Part shown: piece after piece, positions 39,901-54,162 of the stretch
How positions within the stretch are numbered: the first letter of the stretch is position 1
Layout: every line of letters starts with the position of its first letter
From: Lingula anatina
Lineage: Eukaryota; Animalia; Brachiopoda
Assembly: GCA_051362555.1 (NCBI GenBank)
Contig: CM120640.1
Coordinates: 28,916,503 to 28,980,502 of the forward strand
Direction of reading: 5' to 3'
DNA: 64,000 bases
The notes under the pieces: model-generated
What the model was told of the DNA's origin: nothing
Databases searched by the model: none
The model's input: only the letters and a program-made list of their open reading frames with translations
Program-made: the position numbers and the translations under genes

Positions 39901-40885
39901 ATCGACCCCCGTTTCCTGTTTTAGCGGCGACAGGGCATCGGCGTGCTTGCCGTTTTCTTCTGTGGTCGTGGACGTGCTTGTCATCGAGAGATCGGAGTCG
40001 CTGTTTTCTCGGTTCATTTGAGAAGAAAGACTCATATCGTTATATAGCGGGCGTCCCGTGCCGGCGTTCATAAGACAAGCTATGAGAAAAATAAAAACAA
40101 AGAAATGAATATAATATGACAGTTGACAATCCGATCAGAGTTATTAAAAAGCTATGAGGTTTCAAGTTATCAGCTATTTAGTAATTGGAAAAATTCAAAA
40201 GTAGTTTGAAGTAGTATTTCATTGCTAATTAAATCCTTTTTTGTTTGCATATATTTATAACAAATCATAACATATGTATTTCAACATATAGATGTTTCAT
40301 ACTAGACGACTTTTTAATGGCAATAAGTCAAAAGAGTCAAAATTTTCTTAATATATTTTCCAGAAGAAAGGAACCCGACAGCAGAACTTTTTAGCACATT
40401 AATCTTAATAAAAACATTAAAACACTATCAACACGTACACACATACAAGGCAAACTTTATATTAACTGCCTGGCCTGGGATTTGTATAGCTGAACCTTTA
40501 CTCGCCCACTGCATTTCCACAGGCCGCTATCATTTGCTTTTTTTCCCCTGCTCCCTCGAGAGCTACATGTATAAGGTATAGAAATATCCCTAACAGACGT
40601 GACAGAGCTTTGGCCTATAGTTGTACGTATTAACTGCCGGTTTGATGAAACCATATCAAAATGAGAAACAAAAACAACAAAAGACTTTAAAGAATTATTC
40701 CCCTATCTCACAGGCCTGAGAAAGTCAATGCCATTTCTGTACAGTATCTATGGACTATAAGCTTAGAAAAAGCTTAAAAACATAAGTAATTGGAGTTGGT
40801 TGGTTTCTACACGTTACATAATATGACTCATCAAATAATTTATAATTTTAAAGTACACAACATGGGTTTGAAAATCCCCCAAATG

Positions 40886-40917
<32 letters not shown>

Positions 40918-43900
40918 GCGCTCACAGCTTTAAAAAAACTTGCATAAAACCTTAAAAACGATTTAAACTCTTAAATATTTTTTTGCTTTAGTGTATCTGA
41001 TTTTGATATTACTACCTCAAGGAGATGATAGCTGGTTATAATGACTGGCCAGTCATTTAAAACTAAATCAACCTTTATAAATTTAAATTAAGATCAAATG
41101 CAAGTGCAGAGAGGAACAGATAAATGATTAGTGAGTACGAGAAAATTGCTTATTTCCCCGGGAAAATCCACTCTGGCGGGTAAATCATATGGAGCTGTTA
41201 TTTAACTTCCCAAATGTCGTATATTATGTGAAATATCAATTCTTATACACTGCCATCATTGACTTCCATCTTTAATAGTAAATGTTCAGTTTTACGCTGT
41301 CTGGGGATTTTATGTGACACCAAAAGATTAACATAGGTCCGTTACATTAGCCATAAACAATAATCTGTATAAAAAATTTGACATCACATAATGACATTAC
41401 CTACTTGGGTCAGCTCAGATCATAACACATTTTGTAACTGACCTAATATTAGAAAGCCTATATTGGATCTACACTGAACGCACCGTAGTTAGTACTTACT
41501 CTATATTACAGAAAATAAATCTTTGATTTATAGACAGAGCAAATAGGGGATAATAATTATATTTTTCCACAATTGCTTCAGAAAATTGACGTTTTATGAA
41601 TAATTGCTGAAAACATAAAAAGTTTTATCAACTACTCCTCTATCATAATAACGTTAATGAATCGGTGAATATCGTCATCTGATATAGTGTAGCACCAAGA
41701 GAGAGTCATGTTCACGTAAATTTTTTTTAAAATAGTGAAATGGTTATATTAGATACCGAAATGTCCACAAAGCAGACTTTTCTCGTAGACAGAACAACCA
41801 GAACCATTTCAATATTAAAACCATTTTTATCTTCTTTTTAAAATACGTGATGTTTAGTATCTCTTTATTCGCTCTTCAATCTCCTTAAAATGAAACGGAT
41901 TTATTATTTTTTCAGCATCAATTTTTTTTGGGGGGGTGGGGGGGGCTTAAAAAGACCTAATCACGTTCGAGAGAAAACCGTATCGTTTTCAAAGGCCCCC
42001 AAAAACTTTTTTAGAAAAAAACTTTAAAGATATTGACAGTAGCGGCATGTACCTCCCACCCTTTTGTTAATCTGCTTGTTTTTCCTTCTGCTTAAAAAAT
42101 TAAAATGAAGCGTTCCCGCCTGTTGAGGCTGTATTTAGGAGGCCAAGAGTGCGCTATGAAAGCTTCTGATGTGACCCAACATTTGCGAATACTGCTGTAT
42201 TTTTACTTAACTCCACAAGTTCCAGACATGCGATCTTTCTTCGACATTATGAGCTCACTCCAAAACAAGCCCAAGGTACTTTGTTTCCAGTACCCACACA
42301 AGACGTAATGAAAACATGCGCCTCTGATGATTCCTTCCTTAGATCTTTAACTTTTTATCAACATATTTTTTACATTAGATAAAACAATTAACACACGTCC
42401 ATTTGAAAAGTTGCGTGTCTGTTTAAGGGTCTTGGATAACCTCTTGCATGTTCCAGCACAAGATAAAATATTCGGCAATCAAATGTAGCACAATGCGCTT
42501 AGTAAGCTAAACTCCAAATATATACCAATCAGCATTGATAAAATTGGAGAAAATGAAAATATCAAGAAACCGATAACTCTGATCTCAGTAAAATCTCTCT
42601 TTGGCAGTGAAGTAATATTACAATAACAAAAAATACAACCTGGTTTTCAGTCTCTCGGATCATATACTGTGTCCGTCTATCAAAAGAATTTTGATCTACA
42701 CAAGCATATGTTGGGCGCCGAGAACTATATGGTTCCCGCTTTTACCAGCTGATCAGACGTCTTAATTAACTCAACCAGACAGCTTAATACCTAATCGACG
42801 GACTTGATAACGAATTAACAATTGCAGACTTGAGTGAGTATCAAACGGCCCACCGGCCGCGGCATTTTGGGAGTGCTCGGCCCGTGCCGTTTGCCCCTTT
42901 CCCCAGACAGAAATAAAATGATCAAGCAAGTGTTCTTACACCTACAGGTGATGCTTTCAATTACTTATCACGATTTGTAGAACTCATGCTTATCAAATCA
43001 AATCAAACGCAGCATTCATTTCAAAAACATCAATAAATGCGCCAACAGAGTTCGCATAAAGAAATGAAAGATTATATACTGTAAATTAATTTCGAAATAT
43101 TTTAAGCTGTAGACGAAGATGATTTACATGACTTAACTTACATGCGTCTGTTGTCATAATGGCACTCTGAGTAACAATTCCAGCACTTAACATTACTGTA
43201 TCAAGAAGTCGAGTTGTGAATATTTGGGTCAAATGCTTATTTTACGGAAGAACGTAAGACCAATTTTTTTCTACTTTGACCCAAGTGGTTGTCCACTTCA
43301 ATATTTTAATGAAGATATTGGGTTTTTTCCAGTAAGAATGATTTATGCTAACTATTTGGTAAATCCTACTGAATTACATTTGTATCAAAGACATGAATTG
43401 AAGTAGATGAAACATTTTGGCCATGAAGTGGAGACCAACTTTCGAATCAAGATTTTTTTTTAAATGTAAAGCTGACATTGGGCATGTGAACGAAATATCA
43501 CAGTCATATCTCCTGACATTATACGCCCAAAATTGTACCTATTTAAGAATAATGATGCGAATATGATGACAGTCATTTTTTCGACATGCACAGGTTGAGC
43601 TTGCATGACATTTTTGTCACATTAATGCAAATGTACAATATATAATAATAATTAATTCCAGGAATTTTAGGCCACCCGCCCATATTACATTTTACAATTT
43701 ATATTAAGATAACCACATGTAGCAACACATGTAGTATGACAAAACAAAATTATTATACAAGTGTAACAAACATCTCATCACTGTTAGTAATACAAAATAA
43801 GAACATGAATGAATATATATGAATGCTTAATTTATTTTTGCATGACGAAAATCATGTGCCTTGTCTTCTTTGAATCTGTGAGTTCGTAGTGAAGAAGACG

Positions 43901-46900
43901 TTCGATATCTATTTATTCAACTTAATTTGAAAAGGAAAGATTTGCCAACACCGGGATACAGCAAATGCAGCAACAGTAAAAAAGCTATCATACAATGCCA
44001 TATTGTTCACTCATCAGCTTAGTGTCATCTTTTTCGCATTCTCACCAATCAAAATACTATTTTTAATTGCACATTAAAGTACGTTTTCATTGCACGTCTA
44101 AACAAGTTCAGCATTGTCATCGCCATTTCAGTATAATTATTTTTCAATATCTCACTGGACTCATTTTTTTCATTCACATACAGGATTAAGGGGGTTTAAT
44201 CGAGTGGGACTTGAAATACAAAGTAACGAAAACAAACAAATGTCATTCTTTGGTGAACATTTGTTTTTTTAACGTAGACAAAATTATCACAATGCAGTAT
44301 CGTTTATGTTTCGTAAAAGACTGAATTTAAATGGCACTCACACAAACTAGGCAGAAAGTGGTGTGCTCTTTGTACTTTCCTAAGATCAAAAGGGTTATCT
44401 CAGATTTTAAGTGTAATATATGTCACTTACTGCTGATTTCGTAGCCTATTTCTTTTTTCAAATACCAGGTGCCATGTTGAGAACTCGATTTAATAATATC
44501 GCATGACTTGCAATGGCGATTGGTTTTGATAGCAAAAAATTATCAATTCAGGATTATTGACACTAATGCACCATTAATTGAAATGAAATGAACATGAAAT
44601 AACACCACATATTTAGGCGCAAAGATGTGTTAAAATTGCATATCTTATCTTTTAACGTCTGTGTCAGGTCATACCACATTTTCAAATCCCGTTGAAAGCT
44701 CTTTACGCTTCTTTCCTTTGATGACTCACCAGATAAAATTCTAGAAATATGTTAATGGTTACCTCAAAAAAAAAAAAAAAACCTAGGATAATCAGATTTT
44801 AAAAATGATAAAGGATGATGGTAATGTATGACATACCAAATGAATCACAATTCAAATTTAATTTCAGATGTGTGATTACGAATTGTCAGTTTCTGTTTTC
44901 TCAAAAACAACTTATCTTTTTTCTTCTTTTGCTATTGTATATATTAATATTTCGTAAATATTGTATTTTTCTTGGATTCATTTAGGATAGCATATTAAGT
45001 TCAAGCGATTTGCCTCCTTTTTCTTTGAATAAACCATGTTAAAAGTAGTTTTGGGGGAATTCAACCTACACAGGATTATAAAAATGCACCCCCGGCAATA
45101 TCAAAAAGTTTGTTAACATTATATAATATATTTTTAATTAGCAAATTTTAAATTGATCCAATTTTTTCTGCATGTTCATATAGAATAAAAATAATACATT
45201 TCTATGTGATGTTTTATATCAAAACTTCCAGAGATTCGGACTAAAGAAAACACCATTCAATGTGATGAATTTTTTGGGTCATGTGCATCTGAGGTACCGC
45301 AGACAAAACATGGACTTGTACAGGATTACCTATGACGCCAAATTGAATCCTTTGAAAAAAGACCAATATTTTTCTAACTTTCACATTTTACGAGGAGTTA
45401 GGTTACGCAAAGAACATGAAATTTCAACTGTTTTGGAAATTCGAATACTAGGATATCTCTTTTAAAATGTTAATTTTTTTCGCTATGAATGTCATGATTG
45501 ACCGTTTCTCCTGACAGAAACATCGCAATTTTAATAACGATCTCCATTTAACTGTTAAGAAATATTATTTTCAACACAAGAATCACAGTGATGCCATCGT
45601 GAATTTTGAGACCAAAATAATCAAGATGGCGGCCAACCCGTCTGATAGATTCTATTTATCGCACAATTGGTTTTCTCGCCAGCCCGTTCACTACCGTACG
45701 TCTCAGGCTGCGGACAATGGCTGAAAATTTCGAGGTCCATTTATATCTAATTAATTTACCCCTTAAGAGAAGGAACCTTCATCCACTTCATCAAGTTGTG
45801 TTTGATTTGAATGATTTTCTTATCCCCCATTAGTGTACTACGTTACATGATTAGGCCCCTATGTACTCGGGCAATATGCGTTGGTAATATTTGCTTTTAA
45901 GACACTTAAAGTTTGCCATCCTAATAATGAATACTAAGATCCCTAAGATGGCAACCATATCTTATTTAAAAAGAGGTCAAGATGCTAACTACTCTATGCT
46001 TACCTATTCGGTAAACAGTCACTGGACTCATACTGTTTAGAAGTTTCCCCCTACAATGTACTATTACAGCTTGGGTTTATTTACCTTTTAGTAATAATGG
46101 ATTTTCACATGCAGGAGTGTCCACAGATGAGGCTGAATCGTTGACCTGAACCGTATCCTACTTTCACAGAGTAATGGAATACTAACTTTAAATTTTAACT
46201 TTAAAGTCTGCTGGGACCCTCACTAAAGGCATTTGGTAGGCATCAGCCCAGTTCTATTTACACACGTTGCAAATATCAGAGTTTTTATACAATACAAACG
46301 AAATTGCATATGGTGTCGGCCCTTCTATTTCTCTCCTGGTTTAAAATTCTTTAATTTCGGAAGTGTCAGTGTTAGAACTGATACAGTTTAAATAAAGTTC
46401 GGTGCCAGGGGGAACTCGCTCATTTTCTTGGCGTCTCATTTATTTCTCGCTTCTCATTAAGTTATAAATATTATTTTTAATTAAATAATTTCTTGCAGAC
46501 TGAGGAGTTCAATCAGTGTTTCCAAGAGAGGCACCACCACGTGTAACATAAAATCGGACTAGAAATGCCCAGCCCCCCATGAAATACATCTTCCTAAAGT
46601 GATTCAGAATTTAGTTTTAATCAATCTCTTAACCTAAAAATTGACACTGTCAATATTTTTTTACTGCCAAGGATGACAGCTAACCGTGAACACGCTTCTG
46701 TTATAACAATAAATATATGTTTTAACCTTTAATACGGATTCATTTTGAACTTTAAAGTGCAAATTCCGGACAAGATATACCAGACGAGCACTAACAGAGA
46801 TTGCAAATAACTCAAGAGATACCTTGAATCAATTTCAATTAAATTTCAATTGTCCAAAGTGCGGATCTTTGCAAGATTTATCTCTAACCGACTGAACCGT

Positions 46901-47731
46901 GACAGGGCTCAACACCAGGGTTTGGATTTCCCGACTGTAGTTGGTGTTAATTAACGTAGTTGGTTGAAGTAGTAATATGTGCTGGTATGGCGATGACTTT
47001 TCCAGGTCGATCATAAACTAGGTAATTAAGCTATTTATAAGTGATTGGAAGCCAAGAGTGTGCATGTGAGGGGTGGTCTTGATGCCGCGCACGCCAATTA
47101 CTATTAGATTTTGAGATAGGCAACAGGAGATGTTAATGTGAGATTTCTTGTTGAAATACAAGCTAGGCCACCTACAATATGTCACTAACTCATGCTTAAA
47201 ACCATTATGATATTGAAATGCATTATTTATGTGTTTCCTTGCAAATAACAGAAGAAATCAAATTGTAACTTTTTGTTTAAAATTGAAAATTTCATCAGTT
47301 TACTCATGCAGTTTGATATATTGCAGGCATTTGGGAGTCTGCTGCAAAATCAATATCAAAATCTAAAATAAAAATTTACTCAGACGTAAATTACTCTTTA
47401 ACTTACAGACAACAGCCCAAGCTGAAATAAAATCTGTGGCAAATAGCACAAGAAACTATTAACAAAAATGCTATTAGGTAAACCAAACGAAAAAAAACAT
47501 CAAAAATTTACTATACATATGCCACTTACCTTCCATGCTTTTAAACGTATTAGACTGCACTAAGGGTTGAGGGGCCTGGCCCCAGTCATAGTACCATTCA
47601 GATCCCCTCTGTCCCGGGGGATACCCCCCATACGTTCCGTCCCCCATGATCGACCCTGACATAATGGAGGCTATGGTGAAACTGTTGGCACGAGGAGACA
47701 GCGGGTAGTTATTGTAACTGCCCACATCCAT
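30944..47731 (-). CDS. TBX1: T-box transcription factor TBX1/10 (org-1 orthologue), 7 exons, ~498 aa
   Basis: Exons 47731-47530, 40079-39761, 34247-33974, 33326-33174, 32155-32088, 31876-31740 and 31287-30944 (an alternative in-frame acceptor lies ~21 nt upstream of the last exon); total 1497 nt in frame. The T-box [95 protein letters not shown] has Tbx1-subfamily diagnostic residues ([26 protein letters not shown]). Confidence 0.93.
40886..40916. repeat. Poly-T tract (~31 nt) in TBX1 intron 1
   Basis: Uninterrupted T run. Confidence 0.9.
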
Positions 47732-50700
47732 ATTTAATTTTTTAAAAATGATGGCTCCACGCTCTTAACACAAAAATAGCTGCAATCAAAAATAAAAAAA
47801 TACGAAAAGCCAAAACAAACAGGTTGTAAATCAGAATAAATGAACCGTTTTTCCTCCTTTCGTTCCAAGTGACGTCAGATACAAGCGGTTCCAATTCCTC
47901 AGTGCTTGCATTTATAATTTGCGTTTTAAAAGTTCCCCGCTGTTGCGTTATAATAGGCAAGCAGGCATGGACAGAGGGATCCGTATCATGTTGTAAATAG
48001 CGGCGTTTCTCCTCTCCTTCCCTTGTGCAGCACGGCACGGCTTATGCTAACCTTGGAAGATCATCAAATGAGATCATCACTCTGATGGTAGGTGATGCGT
48101 CAATGAAGAGAGGAGAGCCAACCTTCTCTTCCAGCCTCCTTGGCTTCTCCCTGCCAATCATAGCAAGGCTCCGTTCCATTAATCATCCACAAAGTGTCGC
48201 GGGATGACAGGTTATTGGTACCATGTGCCTGGGGAATCGAACTCACCGAGGATCAGCCTCGGATTACAGAATAAAGTTCCGTATCGTTCACTTTGCCCAA
48301 ACTGCTGTTTATTTCTCCAAAAGAAACATCTCCTTCTCCACAACGATGCCCCCCCGCGCGGAGGGTCTCAGCGCAGTCAAAGTGAAAACCGAGCGTGGTT
48401 TAAGCGCCGAAGTAAATTTAATTAGAAAGTTTAAGAAAACACACGCACGGTATTTTCGTATCGCTGCGTTAACAAAACATTTGATACCGTTTTGTCAGGA
48501 GACACAGGAAAGGGGGGGGGGGCATACAGTGTCATTAAACTTTGGTTAGAGGTGGAAGACAGTTTGGGGGATATGTAACAGGAACATTGTCTTTATCTGT
48601 AGCATGGAAGGAGAGAAATATGCCGGTCCCGGATATCGCTTCAATCAGCAAATTAACAAACTGGCACCTAGTTTAGGTGAAAGGTGTCTCAATTTGCTCT
48701 CAGTCATACCATCAGAGTATCATCACTTGCCAACAAGTAAACGGTCATCGCCCAACTCGGCCAGCTGGACAATCTCAATAAACTGGGCAGTGGTCAGTCT
48801 TGTAGCAACACGAATGTATGATGGAAAACAGATGGTTGCATTGGTCTTGTCCAACGTGTGATAACTACCTGTGTGTTTGGTCTTTAGAAGTGTGTGGCCT
48901 GCCACGGTCCGCAGGTGCTCGGAGGGGTTTCTGGTCATTCGCCCACCCGTCCAAACCGAAAGGAATTTCATACTCAAAACACACACTTCCTCTCGAGATG
49001 TTGGAATAATAAACAAAAGGGATACAAATTTTGAAAATAAGATCTGGCTGGGCACTTTCAAAACTTTTCATCATTTGTGGGTATTTAGGACACTGACGGT
49101 TCGTGCAACTTTATAAAAGCACGAGATTAAAGTGCTATCTAAATTTTTCTTTTCTTTTTATAAAATAAATTTAGTTGTGAAAAAGACATATCATGTAGAA
49201 CTTAATTAGATTTAATATTTGAAAACTTAGGATGTTTTCTGGCCCAGCTTGTGCGATGTTCCGTGATGATGGCAAAACGTTTGCACACCAATGTTTTCAG
49301 GTATTAATGTGTGGTCCTATTATCAGAGACCTCTCCTAAAGTTAATACAGATGTCGGTTATATAGTTTCCTATGATACCCAGAAAGCTGACAGATCAGCT
49401 GAGATCTCAGAATAAAACGCACGTAACGCTCACAACGCTGAACACGCAATCCTGGCACGCGGCATTCCTTAATCTCTTAATTAACCCGGTAAGAAAATAA
49501 AAACAGGTAAATATAACTGTAGCAGCCATAGCCACGGTGTGGTCTTCTGAGGTGATCAGAGAGAGAGAGACAGGCGCAGGTGAGAGAGGACGAAAAGAGC
49601 CGACGTCTTCGGTAGGAGAAAACCAAGCCTGGTGCTCCGCCAGCAGCATTTTCAACTCGTGTAACTGTCAGGAGAAAGGTAACGAGGGGGAAAGTGAAAA
49701 TCATTTTACATTTCTGGAATTTCCGCCACCCCGAATTTTATCTCTATAGTTCAATCTATTTCCCCCAGCCACTGAGAAGAATGGATTGGTAGGTATATTA
49801 ATCGACTATCGGGCTTGAAAGTTCACCCGCGTTTCTGAGGATTTTGGGTCTGACCTTCTGTGATTGCTTGGTAGTCCCATGCCGTAATATGAAACTTCCA
49901 CGGGGTTCCCTTTGAAAATATAATATCTTATCTCATTCGGAAATGAATCCGAAAGATTTGTTGTCAAATGTTGCAGCTTGGTTCTGTTTTAAGGCTAAAT
50001 GAGTTCATTTGACGCAAAGAGGTTTAGTAGTGCATAAGTAGCAATTTTACAACAAAGTGTCAGACGAGGGAGAAAGAAGATATATTGCTTGTTTTGATAC
50101 ACCATACTTTTGTACTCTAGGCAGTTTGCTTTATAAATAAACATGTTTTGATACAAAGAATTTTATCATATTGGACACTTATACCGTGACAAAACAAGCC
50201 ATCTTCGTGTGTACTTAACTATTTGGCATTGTTTAGACCATCAATCTTTAAAACATTTTCGCACGCAATCGCTCCCTATTAATCTTATAATTCTATCCGA
50301 ATTTCTTTAAGAACCCATTAAATTTAATCTTTTAAATTAAAAGAGGTAATATAGTACTCAAATTCAGCTAAAATATATTTTTTTAATGTCTTAAAACACT
50401 GCTGTAGTTTAAAGACTATAAGACACAATCTCTATGTGCCTGTCATACTTTCTCCGTTATATCTTTATATAGAGAAGACATGGGAGATTTGTTTAATATT
50501 TCACAAAAATATTTCTTATTATAGGACACAAAACCAATAAGCAGTTTTTGCCTTAGTTATAGTCATTAAAATTCTAGCAATTTAGACAACAGCTTAGCCC
50601 CGTTAACCTTAACTATATTTTCGCATTCAAGATAGAGGCAATTTCGGCAGTCGCAAAGCTATTTGAGGAATTGCAGCCTTTAAATCACTTCTGCACGTGC

Positions 50701-52864
50701 AGGTCGCGGATCATATTTTTTGTTTATAAAATGTGACAATTATTGTATTGGTGCGATGGCAACGACGTGAGAAAGTTTAATGGATGCGGCTGGTTTTCTC
50801 CTAGGTTCCACCAAAGGCAGCGATGCGCTAAGATCTAATGGGCAAGCTTTCAAAACTTTTAAGACAAGGTGAACCTCTACGAACGGAAGACGTCTAGTGC
50901 TTTCAGCTCATGTTGCCGTTGTTCTGGGGTCCTTTGCTGTAACGGAAGATTTCAAATACACCAGCGTCACAAACAACTTTCTTGAATGAAAAATGATGCA
51001 GTTCACCATTTCCTTGCTCTGTCATCTACACGGGGTTAGTTTAACAAGGCTATCACAAATTGATATTTTGGTTACCATATTGACCAATTATTTTTCATAA
51101 ACGACCCTGAGGTGCAGTGAAGCGTCCTCGAGTGCTAACGGACGGCGTGCGCCGGCAATTATCCTGTTTCTGCCGGGTGTGTGGTAGACCCATACAGTAC
51201 GGTGAATTCCTTGGGGGGAGCGAGCTGTGTTAAAGTCATGTTTTAAATCAGAGAAACTGCCAGGATGAAAAGGAATCGTGATGGCCCCGACAAGGTGTGC
51301 ATTACTTGTCCAGAATTGAAACAAAGTCTGAAAAAAGCTCCTCTGACGCGAAGGGTGGCCAGGGTCGAGCGAGCATATGCGGCAGATAAAATAGCAATGA
51401 GAAAACCATCCCCAATCGGCCCTTCAAAAAAGTTCAAAAACGCTATCGCGGGCTGCAGGCTGTCACATAGTTTAAATTTTTACAGCTCAATGACTGGCTA
51501 ATTATGATTAATCGCCAGGCCAAGTTTTCTTATAAAGTCATTCGAGCCTTTCGCCCAGGAAAGCTGGCAGGAACAGCTGTGTTTGCTATCAGCCGCCAAT
51601 TATCTCACTAATGCGTGTCTACGGTTACCTAGCCTAAATTAACCAATAAATATCAAATGATATGATAACAGAAAACTTCACCCAGCTACCTCTTGCTCTG
51701 GCGTTCTTTCTAATATCATCCGCGTGTATCATTTTGGCCACCCATAGTTGACGCTGACCAGACCCGCCTTTTTTACACGCTTTAGACAATCTTTTTGTTT
51801 GGGTCGTCTTGTGAAGTTTGAGTGCATATTACGGAGTGTATTTATCAAAATATCTAACAAACTCCGTAAGACATGAGGCGACGGGTGCAATCTTGGTGTG
51901 GCTCCCGGTGATTCAACAAACTATAACATAAAAACTATGCTGCCCAACCTTCTTTGACCGCTCCGCTTTGGAAAGTTCAAAAAGAAAATAATGCGTATTT
52001 AAAAAACTTTATTTTTGGTGGGCGACTTTCAGAGGATGTTGACAAACTTATAGTCTTTTTTATCTTGTATCCCTTTGAAAAAGTCCACAATAAAACTAAA
52101 AAAATTGGGCGTGCAATCCTTAATTGTGAAATGTGCAAAATGTTGTTGAGCTAGTTTTTGCAAATGTTCGGGGTCTGATAAAATGTTTGAGACAATAGCC
52201 TCTTTTCTGAAAGAAAAGATATGAGCCTCTTTTCGGTCGCACAAAAGACCTCTGTGCAGAAACAATACAAACAGACATAAAATGCCAACAAATATGCGTA
52301 CACTGGAAGAGACTAAATAACAGTTACTTAACAGTCGCAAAATACGCTTTTACAGTGCACATTTTTCAAATATATCGATTGTACTGAGAATGCAAATAAA
52401 AGGGAAAATCGTAAAATTGAGTTTGCTGAAAAGTTTGAAGCACAAAAATAAATGAACGAGCAATGTGAATTTTGAATTCAAAGCACTAGGTCTCACTTTA
52501 CTTTAACTACAGTATTCAAATAATTTGCATCACTACAACGAAATTTCAAAGCATTTCATTCCCACCTTATCATTGTTCTACCTACATGTAGTTATTTTTT
52601 GATAATAAAAATAGATAAATAAAAATAACTTTACTGCAATCTTACTGTTGCAAAAGGAGTCTTCAATCAATCCAAGGCGTTTGTAATAAATAATCTTCAA
52701 CCAGATAATATGTGATTCGGTTCTCGACTATTGCAAATTGTGGACATAATTTTACTGAGTGTTTCTCATTAATAAAAAAGGAGATTTAATCCAATTATCG
52801 ATAAAACGATAGTCTATATATCACATAGTTGCCATGCAACTAGCATTAATACATGTTCAGTCTA

Positions 52865-52983
52865 AGCTACGTTCACACAGCACAATCTTAGACTGGAAAT
52901 CGACTGTATGCTTATAGGCAGCTCCTCTGATGACCCACGGCGGGCTGATTTGGAGTCTACGGTGGTCCAGTGTGAACGAAGCT
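52865..52983. mobile_element. ~119-bp palindromic MITE (PIF/Harbinger-like ends)
   Basis: TIR AGCTACGTTCACAC / GTGTGAACGAAGCT (13/14 match). Inner inverted segment tagactggaaatc / gatttggagtcta. Flanks CTA / CTT, an imperfect 3-bp TSD. Confidence 0.6.
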
Positions 52984-54078
52984 CTTGACGCTTACAGCCA
53001 AGTCTCAATTTACAACATCGACGTCGTTCATTATCAAGTTATATAACAGTAAAAAAAGATTCTATTCAGAAGGATTTGTTTTTCACGTCCCTTCATGATT
53101 AAAACCGAACGATGAAAATAGTGGTCTAACATAACATCAAACAATAGAAGGAATTGGTCTACCATATATACATGGCTTATGCCCGAGTTTTCCTGACAAA
53201 ATGTTCAACAGTTCGAAGTATGTTAACAACCAACGATTGTGTTTGGTGCGACATTCAACGATTCGACGTTCTAAAACATTATTCCAACCCTCAACCACGA
53301 TTTCCATCCTAAATAATTAAATAGAGTTAATAATTTTTCTCATTTTTTTTTCAACCTTATCGCTATATATCAATAGGAAAATACTATCTTTACTTTTGAC
53401 TTCAGAGTTTCAAACCGTACATCGGGTAAATATGTGCACTTGGGGAAACGAGTAAAATTGAACATCTTGTTAGTTGTCCATCTCCCTTAGTAACATAGGC
53501 TGTGTAAGTACAGTTGTAGTGTCAACTTAGCACATTGACTGCGGTCCAGCAAATATTTGAATAAAGCTTGACAAGCGAAAAAAATGCTAAATTCGATAAC
53601 AGAATGATGTATTTTGAAAGCATCCCGGGGTTAAAACTACACGCACTGAAGCTGAATAAAACGAAATAATATTTGTGATCATGTTAACTGCATTTGCTGA
53701 GATGAATATTTTTTGATGTCATCAAAAAAATACGTAAAAAAGTAAATGCCTAGGCATAGTATTTCAATTCTTAATTTCAGAATTTTAAGTGAAACCCATT
53801 TTTATTTTGTTCCTAAACTAGGATACTCTACTTGAGCAGCAGTTGTGGTAAAATATCGACTTTTATCACAAAGGTTTTTTATCACAATCATTATGATAAA
53901 ATGTTTTTAAAAAGTTAAGGTCTTAGGCTAATCTCTATAAAGAAGAAAAAGAGATGAGTATTTGAAATGCTGTTGAAGCGCTCTACGTTTTAGTCCAACT
54001 AGATTCTCGGGCTTCAGTTTTTTTACCACCGGTAATAGCGAATTTGCCTTTATAGTTAATGTGTTAACACGTAGCAGG

Positions 54079-54162
54079 TCTAAGTTGAACCTGGTGTGGA
54101 TACATCCAGCACGACCGTATTCTAAGTTGAACCTGGTGTGGATACATCCAGCACGACCGTGT
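54079..54162. repeat. 42-bp tandem duplication spanning the stop codon of the RING gene
   Basis: tctaagttgaacctggtgtggatacatccagcacgaccgt(a/g)t x2. Confidence 0.95.

Noticed and set aside
46880-46900. tRNA/SINE A-box-like sequence on the minus strand (ggttcagtcggttagag)
   Set aside because: No B-box or cloverleaf follows.
48025-49749. Many short overlapping ORFs upstream of TBX1
   Set aside because: Expected from locally higher GC; none resembles a protein or has consistent splice support.
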